DNA from: Gammaproteobacteria bacterium | Lineage (GTDB): Bacteria; Pseudomonadota; Gammaproteobacteria; UBA4575 | Reading direction: 5' to 3' | Assembly: GCA_965220875.1 (NCBI GenBank) | Contig: OZ244849.1 | Span: 1,562,979-1,626,978 of the forward strand | DNA length: 64,000 bases | Shown here: positions 19,194-28,185 of the stretch, one piece after another | Numbering within the stretch: the first letter of the stretch is position 1 | Layout of the letters: each line of letters starts with the position of its first letter | Notes under the pieces: model-generated | What the model was told of the DNA's origin: nothing | Database searches by the model: none | Seen by the model: the letters and a program-made list of their open reading frames with translations, nothing else | Program-made: the position numbers and the translations under genes

Positions 19194-20216
19194 ATGATAA
19201 ATAAAGAAAATACTGGTATGTCGCGTCGCAACGTGCTGAAAGGTCTGGCTGCGGGCACAGTCGTCGCCGCTGGCGGACTTGCATTCGGTTCCCGGGCCGC
19301 CTACGCCGGCAGCGGGCTCACCAAGGTCCGTCTGGCCTGGGCAGAACCCGCGTCCTGCCATGCGCCTTTCGCGTTCGCGATTGATAAAGGCATGTTCAAG
19401 AAACAGGGTATTGATCTCGAGCTAACCTATCACGGCCTTGCCGGTGCTGACCAGATCAAGGCGATAGATGCCGGGGAAACCGACATGGGTTCCCATCTTT
19501 TGATCGACTGGCTGAAGCCGATATACGACCAGAATTCGTCCGTGAAGATCATCGCCGGCACACATGACGGTTGCCAGCGCATTCTCGTCTCGAACTCGTC
19601 GAAGATCGCGTCGGTGCAAGACCTGAAGGGCAAGTCGATCGCGGTCGGCGGGCTCGGCGACGTGGCGCATGTGGCATTCCTCGTGACGGTGGCCAAGGCC
19701 GGGCTCGATCCGCACAAGGACGTTAACTGGGTCGAGATCCCGTACGGCGAACTCGGCGAAGCCGTTAATACCGGCAAGGTCGACGCACTCGCCACCTTGG
19801 ATGCGTTGGCCTATATCAACAAGAGTTCGTTCAACATGCGGGAAATCGCCAATACGCATAGCGGCCATTATCACGGCCGTACCTGCTGTGTGCTTGGCGT
19901 CAACGGCGAGTTCCTCCGCAAGAATCGCGGTGTGGTACAGAGGGCAACCACAGGCGTCCTCGACGCTTACGATTATGCTGCCGCGATGCCGAGGGAAGTC
20001 TCAGAGCACTACATCAGCAAGTACAAGCCCGGGTATACGGTAGATGATCTCACCGCCGTGCTCGCCGCCCTGCCTCTACGACGCCATCCGCTTGGAGAGG
20101 AACTGGTCAGGCAGACTGCGGACTCGATCGACGAAATGAAGGAAGTGAAAGTTTTGTCTTCCGACGTGAATACGGCGGAGTTCGCAAGTCATATCACCGA
20201 CAACATTATTGTCTGA
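19194..20216 (+). CDS. ABC substrate-binding protein, SsuA/TauA (NitT/TauT) family, Tat signal (orphan)
   Basis: SRRNVLKG Tat motif; AIDKGMFKKQGID, SVQDLKGKSIAV, GKVDA, RTCC; AGGAG RBS. Confidence 0.88.
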   Translation: MINKENTGMSRRNVLKGLAAGTVVAAGGLAFGSRAAYAGSGLTKVRLAWAEPASCHAPFAFAIDKGMFKKQGIDLELTYHGLAGADQIKAIDAGETDMGSHLLIDWLKPIYDQNSSVKIIAGTHDGCQRILVSNSSKIASVQDLKGKSIAVGGLGDVAHVAFLVTVAKAGLDPHKDVNWVEIPYGELGEAVNTGKVDALATLDALAYINKSSFNMREIANTHSGHYHGRTCCVLGVNGEFLRKNRGVVQRATTGVLDAYDYAAAMPREVSEHYISKYKPGYTVDDLTAVLAALPLRRHPLGEELVRQTADSIDEMKEVKVLSSDVNTAEFASHITDNIIV

Positions 20217-20230
20217 CCCGCAACGCACAA

Positions 20231-20263
20231 GCCGCCAGGGGGGAGGGAGACTCCCCTGGAGGC
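20231..20263 (+). terminator. GC-rich hairpin after the SBP gene (possible terminator)
   Basis: GCC-G-CCAGGGG...CCCCTGG-A-GGC stem; no U tract. Confidence 0.35.
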
Positions 20264-20638
20264 CAGTGCCGTAATCGATCAGTAATCTGCCCCACGGGAA
20301 GGTCCAGTTTCAAGGCAGTAAACCGTCGAGAACAATCAGGAACCGTTACAACGGATGCTCAGGTCAGGAGCAGTCGCGGTGAAATTCAGCTTGTCCAGGG
20401 CGCGGATGGAGGTTCCGTTCCGCGATTTCATAACCCGGGACGGGAGCGAGCCGCTCAATCCCATCCCTGACGAATCAGGCTGATGCGCTTTAACGATACT
20501 GACATGCTAGCCTTATAAATTTGCGAATTCTGGAACAAGAAGCAAATTTGTATGCTGCTAATTCGCCAATGCCCGCAGATGACTTTAGAGAGCAACAGAA
20601 AGGCAAACCACCAGCAATGGCTACAGTTATCAAAAAAC

Positions 20639-20731
20639 TGGCGGAGAGAGTGGGATTCGAACCCACGGTCCAAGGATTACTCAGACAACTCCTTAGCAGG
20701 GAGCCCCATTCGACCACTCTGGCACCTCTCC
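20639..20731 (-). tRNA. tRNA-Ser(GCT)
   Basis: Reverse complement GGAGAGGTGCCAGAGTGGTCGAATGGGGCTCCCT-GCT-AAGGAG...long variable arm...GGTTCGAATCCCACTCTCTCCGCCA, 93 nt. Confidence 0.97.
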
Positions 20732-20747
20732 ACGATTTGCAATTAAA

Positions 20748-20802
20748 AGTATATCGAATACCTGTGGATGTATGTAGTTCGGAGTAAAAATTTAGCTATA
20801 AT
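20748..20802. promoter_or_regulatory. Back-to-back sigma70-type -10 elements for the divergent tRNAs
   Basis: TATACT on the minus strand (20748-20753) before tRNA-Ser; TATAAT (20797-20802) before tRNA-Arg; -35 elements not clear. Confidence 0.5.
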
Positions 20803-20812
20803 CCCTGTTTCT

Positions 20813-20889
20813 GCGCCCGTAGCTCAGTTGGATAGAGTACCTGGCTACGAACCAGGCGGTCGGGAGTTCGAATCTCTCCGGGCGCGCCA
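20813..20889 (+). tRNA. tRNA-Arg(ACG)
   Basis: GCGCCCGTAGCTCAGTTGGATAGAGTACCTGGCT-ACG-AACCAGG...GTTCGAATC...GCGCGCCA, 77 nt. Confidence 0.98.
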
Positions 20890-20914
20890 TTTAAATGACC
20901 TGTCATGACCGCGA

Positions 20915-23014
20915 GTGGACGACTGTCCTATAAGAAGGCGGATTGCCCAATTGATTCTGGGGTTTCATTTTTTAGCGACAAGCCATTGCCTTGGAAGTGA
21001 ACTGCGATGGTTGGCGGGATTATTGCTGCTGGCGGTCATCCCGGCGACTCTGTTTGCCGCAAAACCCATTGGGGAGATCGTTGTCACAGGAACCATCAGC
21101 GAGCGCCTCGGTAGCGCAGGCAGTGCCAGCCGTATCGATGGTGATGTGTTGGCGGAGATTCGGTACAACCATATTCACGAAGCCCTGAGCCGGGTGCCCA
21201 GCGTCTGGGTGACCCGGGGGTCCGGCCAGGAGCATCTGACTGCCATCCGCTCGGCGGTCTTTACCGGACCTGGGGCCTGTGGAAAATTTCTCTATCTTGA
21301 GGACGGCCTGCCCATTCGCCCAGCGGGGTTTTGCAACATCAACAACCTCTTCGAGGTCAATGGTGAGCAGGCAGGCAGCATCGAGGTCTGGCGTGGACCA
21401 TCAAGTGCCGTGCTGGGAGGGAATGCAATGCACGGAGCGATCAATGTGCTCACGGCCAATCCTGAAGGTGCCAGCCTGAGCCCGGAGAGCGGCTCCTACG
21501 GTTACCACCAGGTTCGGGCCACATCAGGCGGATACACCAGCGGGCACTACGTTGGCCTGAGTGCCCACGGGAGCCAGACCGACGGCTATCGAGACGCCAC
21601 GGGGTATGATCAGCAGAAGTTCTCCCTGGTCCATGCAACAGACCTTGGCACTTGGCAGGTGCGCAACACCCTGAGCGCCTCCAACCTCAATCAGGAAACC
21701 GGAAGCTACGTGCAGGGTTTTGAAGCCTACAAGGACCGTGAACTGCGACGTTCCAACTCCAACCCGGAGGCCTATCGAGACGCCTGGTCCCTGCGCGTGG
21801 CAAGCCACTGGCAGCGCGAGCAAACCCGAATTTCCGCTTACCTGCGCCGCTCGCACATGGAGTTTCTGCAGCACTTCCTGCCTGGACAGCCGACCGAGAC
21901 CAATGAGCAGATCAGCGGAGGCATGCTAGCCCGCCAGGGGTTTGAAGCCGGGGCCTGGGCCGGGCAATTCGGCGCGCAAATCGAGGCCATGCAGGGCAGC
22001 CTGCTCGAGATTCAGGAGCGACCGACGACCGGGTCGGCCTTCCTGGTGGCCACTCGCCCCGCCGGGCGTCACTACGACTACGACGTTGATTCGTTCATGG
22101 CTGCCGGCTTCTACGATCTGAGCAGAGCCTTGAGCGGGAAGCTGCGCCTGTTGCACAGCCTGCGCCTTGAGCACCTGCGCTACGATTATGAAAACCGCCA
22201 CCTGACGGGTAACAGCCGCGACGATGGCTCGGCCTGCGACTTCGGCGGCTGCCTGTATACCCGTCCCGCCTCCCGGGAAGATCGGTTCACCGAAGTGGCC
22301 GGCCGCTTAGGCATCGAGCGCGATTTCGGTGCCCGCCGCTCTGGTTACGTGATGCTAAGCAGCGGATTTCGACCGCCGCAAGCCACCGAGCTCTACCGCC
22401 TGCAGCAGGGACAAACCGTGGCGGACCTGGACAGCGAACGCCTGCTGTCGGTGGAGGCTGGCTTTCGCAGCGGTGCCTGGTCCCTGTCGGCATTCGGCCA
22501 GTGGACCCGCGACTTCATTTTCCGTGATGCCAGTGGCTTCAACATCAGCGACGGCAAGACCAGGTCCACCGGACTTGAGTTTTCAGGCGATTGGCATCTG
22601 GGAGACCATGCCTTGAATCTTGCCATCGGATATGCAGTCCATAAGTACGATTTTACCCGTGATGCCGGGCGCGGCGAGCGGATCGAAGAAGGCAACATGA
22701 TGGATTCGGCACCCCGCTGGCTCACCCATGCCCGCTGGCGCTATCAACCTGGTGAGCGCTGGTATTCCGAGTTCGAACTGAGCCAGGTGGGCAAGCACTA
22801 CATCAACGCCGCCAACACTGCCAAGTACGAAGGCCACGTCGTGTTGAACTGGCGTGGCGGCTACAGACTGACCGGGCATATCGACCTGTTTGCCCGGGTC
22901 ATCAATCTGTTCGACGAGCGCTACGCCGACCGCGCCGACTATGCCTTCGACACCTACCGCTACTTCCCGGCCATGCCGGTCCAGGGCTATGTGGGGATCA
23001 ATCTGGCGCTGTAA
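20915..23014 (+). CDS. TonB-dependent receptor
   Basis: EIVVTG, IEVWRGPSS, NLFDERY, C-terminal GINLAL; true start probably downstream of 20915. Confidence 0.9.
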   Translation: MDDCPIRRRIAQLILGFHFLATSHCLGSELRWLAGLLLLAVIPATLFAAKPIGEIVVTGTISERLGSAGSASRIDGDVLAEIRYNHIHEALSRVPSVWVTRGSGQEHLTAIRSAVFTGPGACGKFLYLEDGLPIRPAGFCNINNLFEVNGEQAGSIEVWRGPSSAVLGGNAMHGAINVLTANPEGASLSPESGSYGYHQVRATSGGYTSGHYVGLSAHGSQTDGYRDATGYDQQKFSLVHATDLGTWQVRNTLSASNLNQETGSYVQGFEAYKDRELRRSNSNPEAYRDAWSLRVASHWQREQTRISAYLRRSHMEFLQHFLPGQPTETNEQISGGMLARQGFEAGAWAGQFGAQIEAMQGSLLEIQERPTTGSAFLVATRPAGRHYDYDVDSFMAAGFYDLSRALSGKLRLLHSLRLEHLRYDYENRHLTGNSRDDGSACDFGGCLYTRPASREDRFTEVAGRLGIERDFGARRSGYVMLSSGFRPPQATELYRLQQGQTVADLDSERLLSVEAGFRSGAWSLSAFGQWTRDFIFRDASGFNISDGKTRSTGLEFSGDWHLGDHALNLAIGYAVHKYDFTRDAGRGERIEEGNMMDSAPRWLTHARWRYQPGERWYSEFELSQVGKHYINAANTAKYEGHVVLNWRGGYRLTGHIDLFARVINLFDERYADRADYAFDTYRYFPAMPVQGYVGINLAL

Positions 23015-23075
23015 TTTGTAATGGGTTATCGTTTCCATTCGATTTCAGCTCTATCTGGACGGCTCACCTTCTGGT

Positions 23076-23104
23076 GTAACGTCCCCGCTGCCGTTTGGGT
23101 CTGA
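23076..23104 (+). promoter_or_regulatory. Possible ECF-sigma promoter upstream of the truncated msrP
   Basis: TAACGT-N17-TCTGA; the TGGGTCTGAAA core is shared with the region upstream of intact msrP. Confidence 0.35.
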
Positions 23105-23320
23105 AAATTGGCGGCTATCAAGTCCTCACGCTGTCCTCTGGCGGGAACAAAAACAGCGTGGGTGTCTGATCATTGAGGCTGGATAACAGGAGATCGGTGG
23201 TTTTTGCACTGCGAAACCGGCCTCCTTGCAATCGACTTGCATCCCCTGTAGAAGCAAGGGGTGCGTGAATGGCATCTCTCGTACACCGTTGAACGGAAAC
23301 CCTGAAAGGATCTGCCGAGT

Positions 23321-23629
23321 ATGTTGCTGAAAACCACCCGGGCTTGCGATGTCCGCGAATCCCAGGTCACTGATGAATCGCTTTACATTGCGCGGCGAAA
23401 GTTCATGCAGGGCACCGCCGCCCTGGCAGGCACTTCCATGCTCCCGGCATCGTCGCTGTGGCCACAACCTGCACGTGCCGCCATTAGCATCAGGGATGTC
23501 GAAAAAAGCGCATTCTCAACTGCTGAAGAACTCACCTCGTTTGAGGACATTACCAGCTACAACAACTTCTACGAGCTCGGCCTGAAAAAAGGCGACAATC
23601 GAAGGCACTATGGATTACCAATGGCATGA
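23321..23629 (+). pseudogene. msrP: Truncated msrP paralogue (Tat leader and N-terminus only)
   Basis: VTDESLY..RRKFMQ...[24 protein letters not shown] aligns to intact MsrP up to nt 23596, then diverges and stops. Confidence 0.88.
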
Positions 23630-23867
23630 TTTCCTAGGCAATCTCGGTGTATTTTTCATCATCGGGACCTATCTTCTCCTTCAGCTGGGTCGGATGAAAA
23701 GCACGAGCTTCACCTATTCGATCCTGAACGCGCTGGGTGCATTCCTTATCATCATCTCGCTGATGTATGACTTCAATCTGTCGGTCTTTGTTATCGAAGT
23801 CTTTTGGGTGGCTGCAAGCCTGATCGGTATTGCCAGACAATTGCAGGCGAAGGGCAGGCAAGCATGA
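23610..23867 (+). CDS. Small three-helix membrane protein (CBU_0592-like), copy 1
   Basis: WHDFLGNLGV..YLLLQ..YSILNALGA..EVFW pattern, 85 aa. Confidence 0.8.
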   Translation: MDYQWHDFLGNLGVFFIIGTYLLLQLGRMKSTSFTYSILNALGAFLIIISLMYDFNLSVFVIEVFWVAASLIGIARQLQAKGRQA

Positions 23868-24121
23868 GCTACGAGTGGCATGACATTTTGGGCAATCTCG
23901 GTGTGTCCTTCATCATCGGGACCTATATCCTGCTTCAGCTCGAGCGCATGGACAGTGCGAGCTACACTTATTCAATCCTGAATGCACTTGGAGCGTTCTT
24001 TGTCGTCATCTCGCTGATGTACAACTACAATCTCTCAGGAATCATTGTAGAGGGCTTCTGGGCGGGGATCAGTGTAATAGGGCTCATTCGGCAGTGGCGA
24101 TTGAGGCATCAGGCACCCTGA
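23864..24121 (+). CDS. Small three-helix membrane protein (CBU_0592-like), copy 2
   Basis: MSYEWHDILGNLGV..YILLQ..YSILNALGA..EGFW; ATGA coupling with copy 1, 85 aa. Confidence 0.8.
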   Translation: MSYEWHDILGNLGVSFIIGTYILLQLERMDSASYTYSILNALGAFFVVISLMYNYNLSGIIVEGFWAGISVIGLIRQWRLRHQAP

Positions 24122-24228
24122 CAGGCCTATTCAGGTAAAGAATGATGGGACTGATAGTGGTTATTTTGCGGGGATCAATAAAGGGGAATGAGTGAAATAA
24201 ACGGAAATGTTACAGGACCCTTGAAAAT

Positions 24229-24486
24229 CTAGGGGAGTGGTTGATTGAACTTTCTGTCGGGTCCTTTTTGTAGAGGCACAGTTTTTTTGTTAAATGAAGC
24301 TACAATAAAGGGAGCGGAAGCAGCGCAAAGTAACCATACTGCCAGCGGGACAGCAATCGTCCACAGTGTAACTACAGACAGAATGATTAAGGCTAAACCG
24401 CCAATCAAATTGGTGTACATGAATCCAACCGGACCTAGGAAAGCTGCAAGCAGAAATGCAGAAAGAGGTGATCTTACTCGCTTCAT
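24229..24486 (-). CDS. Small hypothetical membrane protein
   Basis: AFLLAAFLGPVGFMY plus further hydrophobic helices. Confidence 0.6.
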   Translation of the reverse strand: MKRVRSPLSAFLLAAFLGPVGFMYTNLIGGLALIILSVVTLWTIAVPLAVWLLCAASAPFIVASFNKKTVPLQKGPDRKFNQPLP

Positions 24487-24677
24487 CGCAATCTAGGCTA
24501 GCATGTTTGGAACCAGTTTGAAATTAAGGTTTCTCTGGTTATGTGAACGAATTTGCATGTATTGTAACCGATGCCTCGAATCAGCAATTCCAGCACATTT
24601 TGAATGCAGTTACTTTCAGGCATTAATCAAGAATCAAGGTGGTGAGAGATTAAATCAATATCTTGCCTGAACGGGCA

Positions 24678-24704
24678 AAACTTTTTTTAAATCCATGGGT
24701 CTGA
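24678..24704 (+). promoter_or_regulatory. Possible RpoE/AlgU-type promoter for msrPQ
   Basis: AAACTT-N16-TCTGA, one mismatch from GAACTT-N16/17-TCTGA. Confidence 0.45.
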
Positions 24705-24878
24705 AAGTTGCGGAGTCACCATTTGGGTTGTTTGTTGCAGTCATGGTTATTCTGGCCTAGCTAATTGCCGGATTGGCTAATCAAAGCGCTTGATTGTCAA
24801 TGAAAATAAGGAAAATTAATGTTAGATTTAATTTCGAGGCCCCAAGTCCAGGTTACCTGAACAATTCGTTTCCATTAG

Positions 24879-25835
24879 ATGTTAATTAAAGTTGTCAAGA
24901 AGAGCGATGTCAATGAACATCATGTCACTGATGAATCGCTATACCTGAACCGAAGGCGATTTATGCAAGCATCTGTTTCAGGTGCTGCCATCGCAGCCGT
25001 ACCCTTCATGTCCTTATATCCGGCAGCAGGTGATGCGAAGCTGGAATTTAATAGCCCCAAGAAAAGCAAGTATTCTACTGATGAGGAGTTAACCTCGTTC
25101 GACGATATAACCCGATACAATAATTTCTACGAATTGGGTCTGAAAAAAGGTGACCCGAAACGTAATGCGCATCTCTTAAAAGTTACGCCCTGGGCTGTCA
25201 AAGTAGAAGGGGAGTGTGAAAAGCCAGGGGAGTACGGACTGGAAGATTTGATCTTGCCTTCGGAACATGAAGAGCGCATTTATCGCCTCCGTTGTGTTGA
25301 GGCCTGGTCCATGGTCATTCCGTGGGTTGGTGTTGAGCTGGGAGGGGTGTTGAAACGCTTTCATCCAACCTCAAAAGCGAAGTATGTGCAGTTTTTTACA
25401 ATATATGACCCGGATAATTTACCTGGTCAAAGGCGCCCTGTCCTGGAGTGGCCTTACCGAGAGGGATTGAGGATAGATGAAGCCATGCATCCACTGTGCA
25501 TTCTTGCCGTTGGCCTGTACGGGAAGGAACTGCCCAACCAAAATGGTGCACCGTTAAGGCTGGTAGTTCCGTGGAAATATGGCTTTAAAAGCATAAAGTC
25601 CATTGTACGAATACGGTTTACGGAGAAACAGCCTGCCACCAGCTGGAATCTTGCTGGACCAAGAGAATACGGTTTTTATTCCAACGTGAATCCTGAAGTG
25701 GATCATCCTAGATGGAGCCAGAAAAAAGAACGCAGGATAGGGGAGGTTTTTAAAAGAAATACACTGATGTTCAATGGTTATGCGGATCAGGTGGCAAGTT
25801 TATACGAAAGTATGGATCTCGCTAAGTATTACTGA
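24879..25835 (+). CDS. msrP: Protein-methionine-sulfoxide reductase catalytic subunit
   Basis: Tat motif [60 protein letters not shown]. Confidence 0.97.
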   Translation: MLIKVVKKSDVNEHHVTDESLYLNRRRFMQASVSGAAIAAVPFMSLYPAAGDAKLEFNSPKKSKYSTDEELTSFDDITRYNNFYELGLKKGDPKRNAHLLKVTPWAVKVEGECEKPGEYGLEDLILPSEHEERIYRLRCVEAWSMVIPWVGVELGGVLKRFHPTSKAKYVQFFTIYDPDNLPGQRRPVLEWPYREGLRIDEAMHPLCILAVGLYGKELPNQNGAPLRLVVPWKYGFKSIKSIVRIRFTEKQPATSWNLAGPREYGFYSNVNPEVDHPRWSQKKERRIGEVFKRNTLMFNGYADQVASLYESMDLAKYY

Positions 25836-25896
25836 TCTGGCAAATCCCAGCGACGCCGTCCTGAACGAAGATTCAACCGATTCTTGTCTGAAATAA

Positions 25897-26484
25897 ATGG
25901 AATTAGGCAAGCCTACCGTATTTACAGTCTGTCTGATCCCTTTAGCATGTTATCTCTTTTGGTTTTTCACAGATTCACTGGGTGCAAACCCTATTGAGGC
26001 CCTTACAAGGAGGACAGGAGACTGGGCTTTGAGAATTTTGCTGGTTACCCTTGCAGTCTCTCCGATTAGACGGTTAACTGGCTGGTATTGGCTTGGCCGA
26101 TACAGAAGGATGCTAGGCTTGTTCGCATTTTTTTATGTGTCGGTACATCTGTCCTTGTATCTTTCGCTGGATAAGTTTTTTGACCTGTCAGAGATTTTTA
26201 GCGATGTAACGAAGAGGCCTTTTATTACAGCAGGATTTGCAGCATTTGTTTTATTACTGCCGCTGGCAGCCACATCGACGAATAAATTGGTGGAGATCCT
26301 ACAGCATCGCTGGGTCGTACTTCATCGCCTGGTCTATCTGGCCGCCATGCTTGCTGTGCTACATTTTTGGTGGATGGTCAAGATTGATACCCGCGAACCT
26401 GCAATCTATGCGTGTATTCTTGCAGGGTTGCTTGGATTCAGGCTGATTTACTATCTGAAAGCAAAGGTCAGGGAGTTCCGGTAA
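25897..26484 (+). CDS. msrQ: Protein-methionine-sulfoxide reductase heme-binding subunit
   Basis: LGANPIE, TGDWAL, RRMLGLFAFFY..H, KRPFITAG, LHRLVY. Confidence 0.95.
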   Translation: MELGKPTVFTVCLIPLACYLFWFFTDSLGANPIEALTRRTGDWALRILLVTLAVSPIRRLTGWYWLGRYRRMLGLFAFFYVSVHLSLYLSLDKFFDLSEIFSDVTKRPFITAGFAAFVLLLPLAATSTNKLVEILQHRWVVLHRLVYLAAMLAVLHFWWMVKIDTREPAIYACILAGLLGFRLIYYLKAKVREFR

Positions 26485-26615
26485 ATCTTGCTGTACTCAA
26501 TGACTGCTGCCAGTTGTGACACTCACACTCCAGCCCTTGTGGCACCCGCTTGACCATTGCAGTTTTGGTTACTTCACAGAACTCAAAAAATGAACTCTCG
26601 ACCGAGACTGTGACC

Positions 26616-27125
26616 TCAAAGTTTTACGGAAATTAGGTATCTTGAGTAGCTTTCACGAATGGACGTGTCTTCCTCGATAGACAATTCAAGAATTTTTTCA
26701 AGCACGTCTTCAAATTCACGCTGGATAATTTTAAAAAAGATTTTGCTGAGAGGATATTTTTCTGTTGGCAATGCAATCACTTTCTGCTGGAATCTGATCG
26801 GGAATATCATCTTCTCTTGGAAATAAATTTTCACAGCGAATACCCAGCGCCAGTCCCAGGAGTATACTGACAACGCGGCATTCCCTGCATAGATCTCAAA
26901 TGATTCACCCTCTTTCATCATTCCTTCACTGAATACAATGGCACGATAGGAATGGATGTTGTTAGAACTGATGAGATTGGCACCGACTATGTCAGGCTTT
27001 TCCGAATAAAAACTGAGTTTTTCGTACAGGGTAGGGTAAAATAGCTGCAGGAAGGCCAACAGTTTAGGATAGTGTGCGCTCTCAACATTCATTGTTGGAT
27101 AGAGTGTTGGTTCAAGATAGTTCAA
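26616..27125 (-). CDS. Hypothetical protein
   Basis: 169 aa ORF in AT-rich DNA; no family recognised; start uncertain. Confidence 0.55.
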   Translation of the reverse strand: MNYLEPTLYPTMNVESAHYPKLLAFLQLFYPTLYEKLSFYSEKPDIVGANLISSNNIHSYRAIVFSEGMMKEGESFEIYAGNAALSVYSWDWRWVFAVKIYFQEKMIFPIRFQQKVIALPTEKYPLSKIFFKIIQREFEDVLEKILELSIEEDTSIRESYSRYLISVKL

Positions 27126-27141
27126 TTACAAAGCTCGCCGT

Positions 27142-27218
27142 GCGCCCGTAGCTCAGCTGGATAGAGTACCTGGCTTCGAACCAGGTGGTCGGGAGTTCGA
27201 GTCTCTCCGGGCGCGCCA
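27142..27218 (+). tRNA. tRNA-Arg(TCG)
   Basis: GCGCCCGTAGCTCAGCTGGATAGAGTACCTGGCT-TCG-AACCAGGTGGTCGGGAGTTCGAGTCTCTCCGGGCGCGCCA, 77 nt, intact cloverleaf. Confidence 0.95.
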
Positions 27219-27362
27219 TCCCTGAACAGAAGATTTTACTTCATCTTTAAGTGTTAAGAGATAAGCATTTCGAATCAAATCTCTTGCCAGTGTATTGAGG
27301 GATTCAAGAGGCAAGCGCATGAATCGTCACCTCTTGTACCTGCACGGCCTGTCTTGCCCGGA

Positions 27363-28172
27363 TTACTTTCTCCGGATATTTGGCTTGACTCCGACAAGAT
27401 ACTGCCTGATTGCAATCCATGAATCCTGAATGGTTTTTTTCAGCACATCACCATCTTTTACCAGGAATTTCACCAGTAATCCGCAATGATTAGGCAGATA
27501 GGATACGCCACCGTAAACATCTTTATTCACCTGCATGCCGGATTGCAGCGACTCCAGCAAGTGCTGATGTTTGTCAGCACGGTTGATCACATAAATGGTA
27601 CCCATTCCAATATAGGAACGGTTATTGCCCAAAAAGTTTTTTGAATTTACCCGGTAAACATCTTTTGTAAGCAGCTCGGCATCTTCAGTATTAATCTGCA
27701 AGGAGCTGTTTAGCAGTTCGAACACGCGTCCATCGCCACTCAGAAAATGCAGCAGGAAAGAATCGGCGACTACTGCGGTACTGGTATCGTCTATGAATAC
27801 ATTGATTCTTGAACACAGTTTAGATTCCGGAAACAGAATCAATGGGTCAGATATGTACTCTGTATAGGAATGGCTCGTGACATTGATGTCGACTGAATGG
27901 TGCGCCATGCCATGAGGCATTCCGTGTACTATGGTTGAAGCCTGGGTAGTGACCTGGCTGTATGAACTCGAATGGGCGATAACATTTGTAGAGAGGGCTT
28001 CATCTTCATATATGCCTCCTGAAGCGGACTGGATATATATGTTTGCCATTCCGGGCGGGTCATTTTCAAAATACTGAGCCTTGCAAATATGGAAAGGATA
28101 GGCTGCATACTGATTCTTCAAGTATGTCTTTCCACCCGGACTGGTGGAAAACTCAAGTTGCAAGTTACCCAT
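27363..28172 (-). CDS. ureD: Urease accessory protein UreD/UreH
   Basis: SASGGIYEDE, QVTTQAST, DPLILFPES; last gene of the urease cluster. Confidence 0.88.
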   Translation of the reverse strand: MGNLQLEFSTSPGGKTYLKNQYAAYPFHICKAQYFENDPPGMANIYIQSASGGIYEDEALSTNVIAHSSSYSQVTTQASTIVHGMPHGMAHHSVDINVTSHSYTEYISDPLILFPESKLCSRINVFIDDTSTAVVADSFLLHFLSGDGRVFELLNSSLQINTEDAELLTKDVYRVNSKNFLGNNRSYIGMGTIYVINRADKHQHLLESLQSGMQVNKDVYGGVSYLPNHCGLLVKFLVKDGDVLKKTIQDSWIAIRQYLVGVKPNIRRK

Positions 28173-28185
28173 TCAGGCTGGTGTT

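Larger units (their letters stand above)
2149..20638. mobile_element. Mosaic accessory region (degenerate genomic island) between csrA and the 3' end of tRNA-Ser
   Basis: Interrupts the usual csrA-tRNA-Ser-tRNA-Arg linkage; alternating visibly GC-rich and AT-rich blocks; IS remnant; transporter cargo; no integrase or att duplicate seen. Confidence 0.6.

Noticed and set aside
20282-20320. IS3-family terminal inverted repeat-like sequence (TAATCTGCCCC...GGTCCAGTTT)
   Set aside because: No partner repeat or transposase seen; resemblance from memory only
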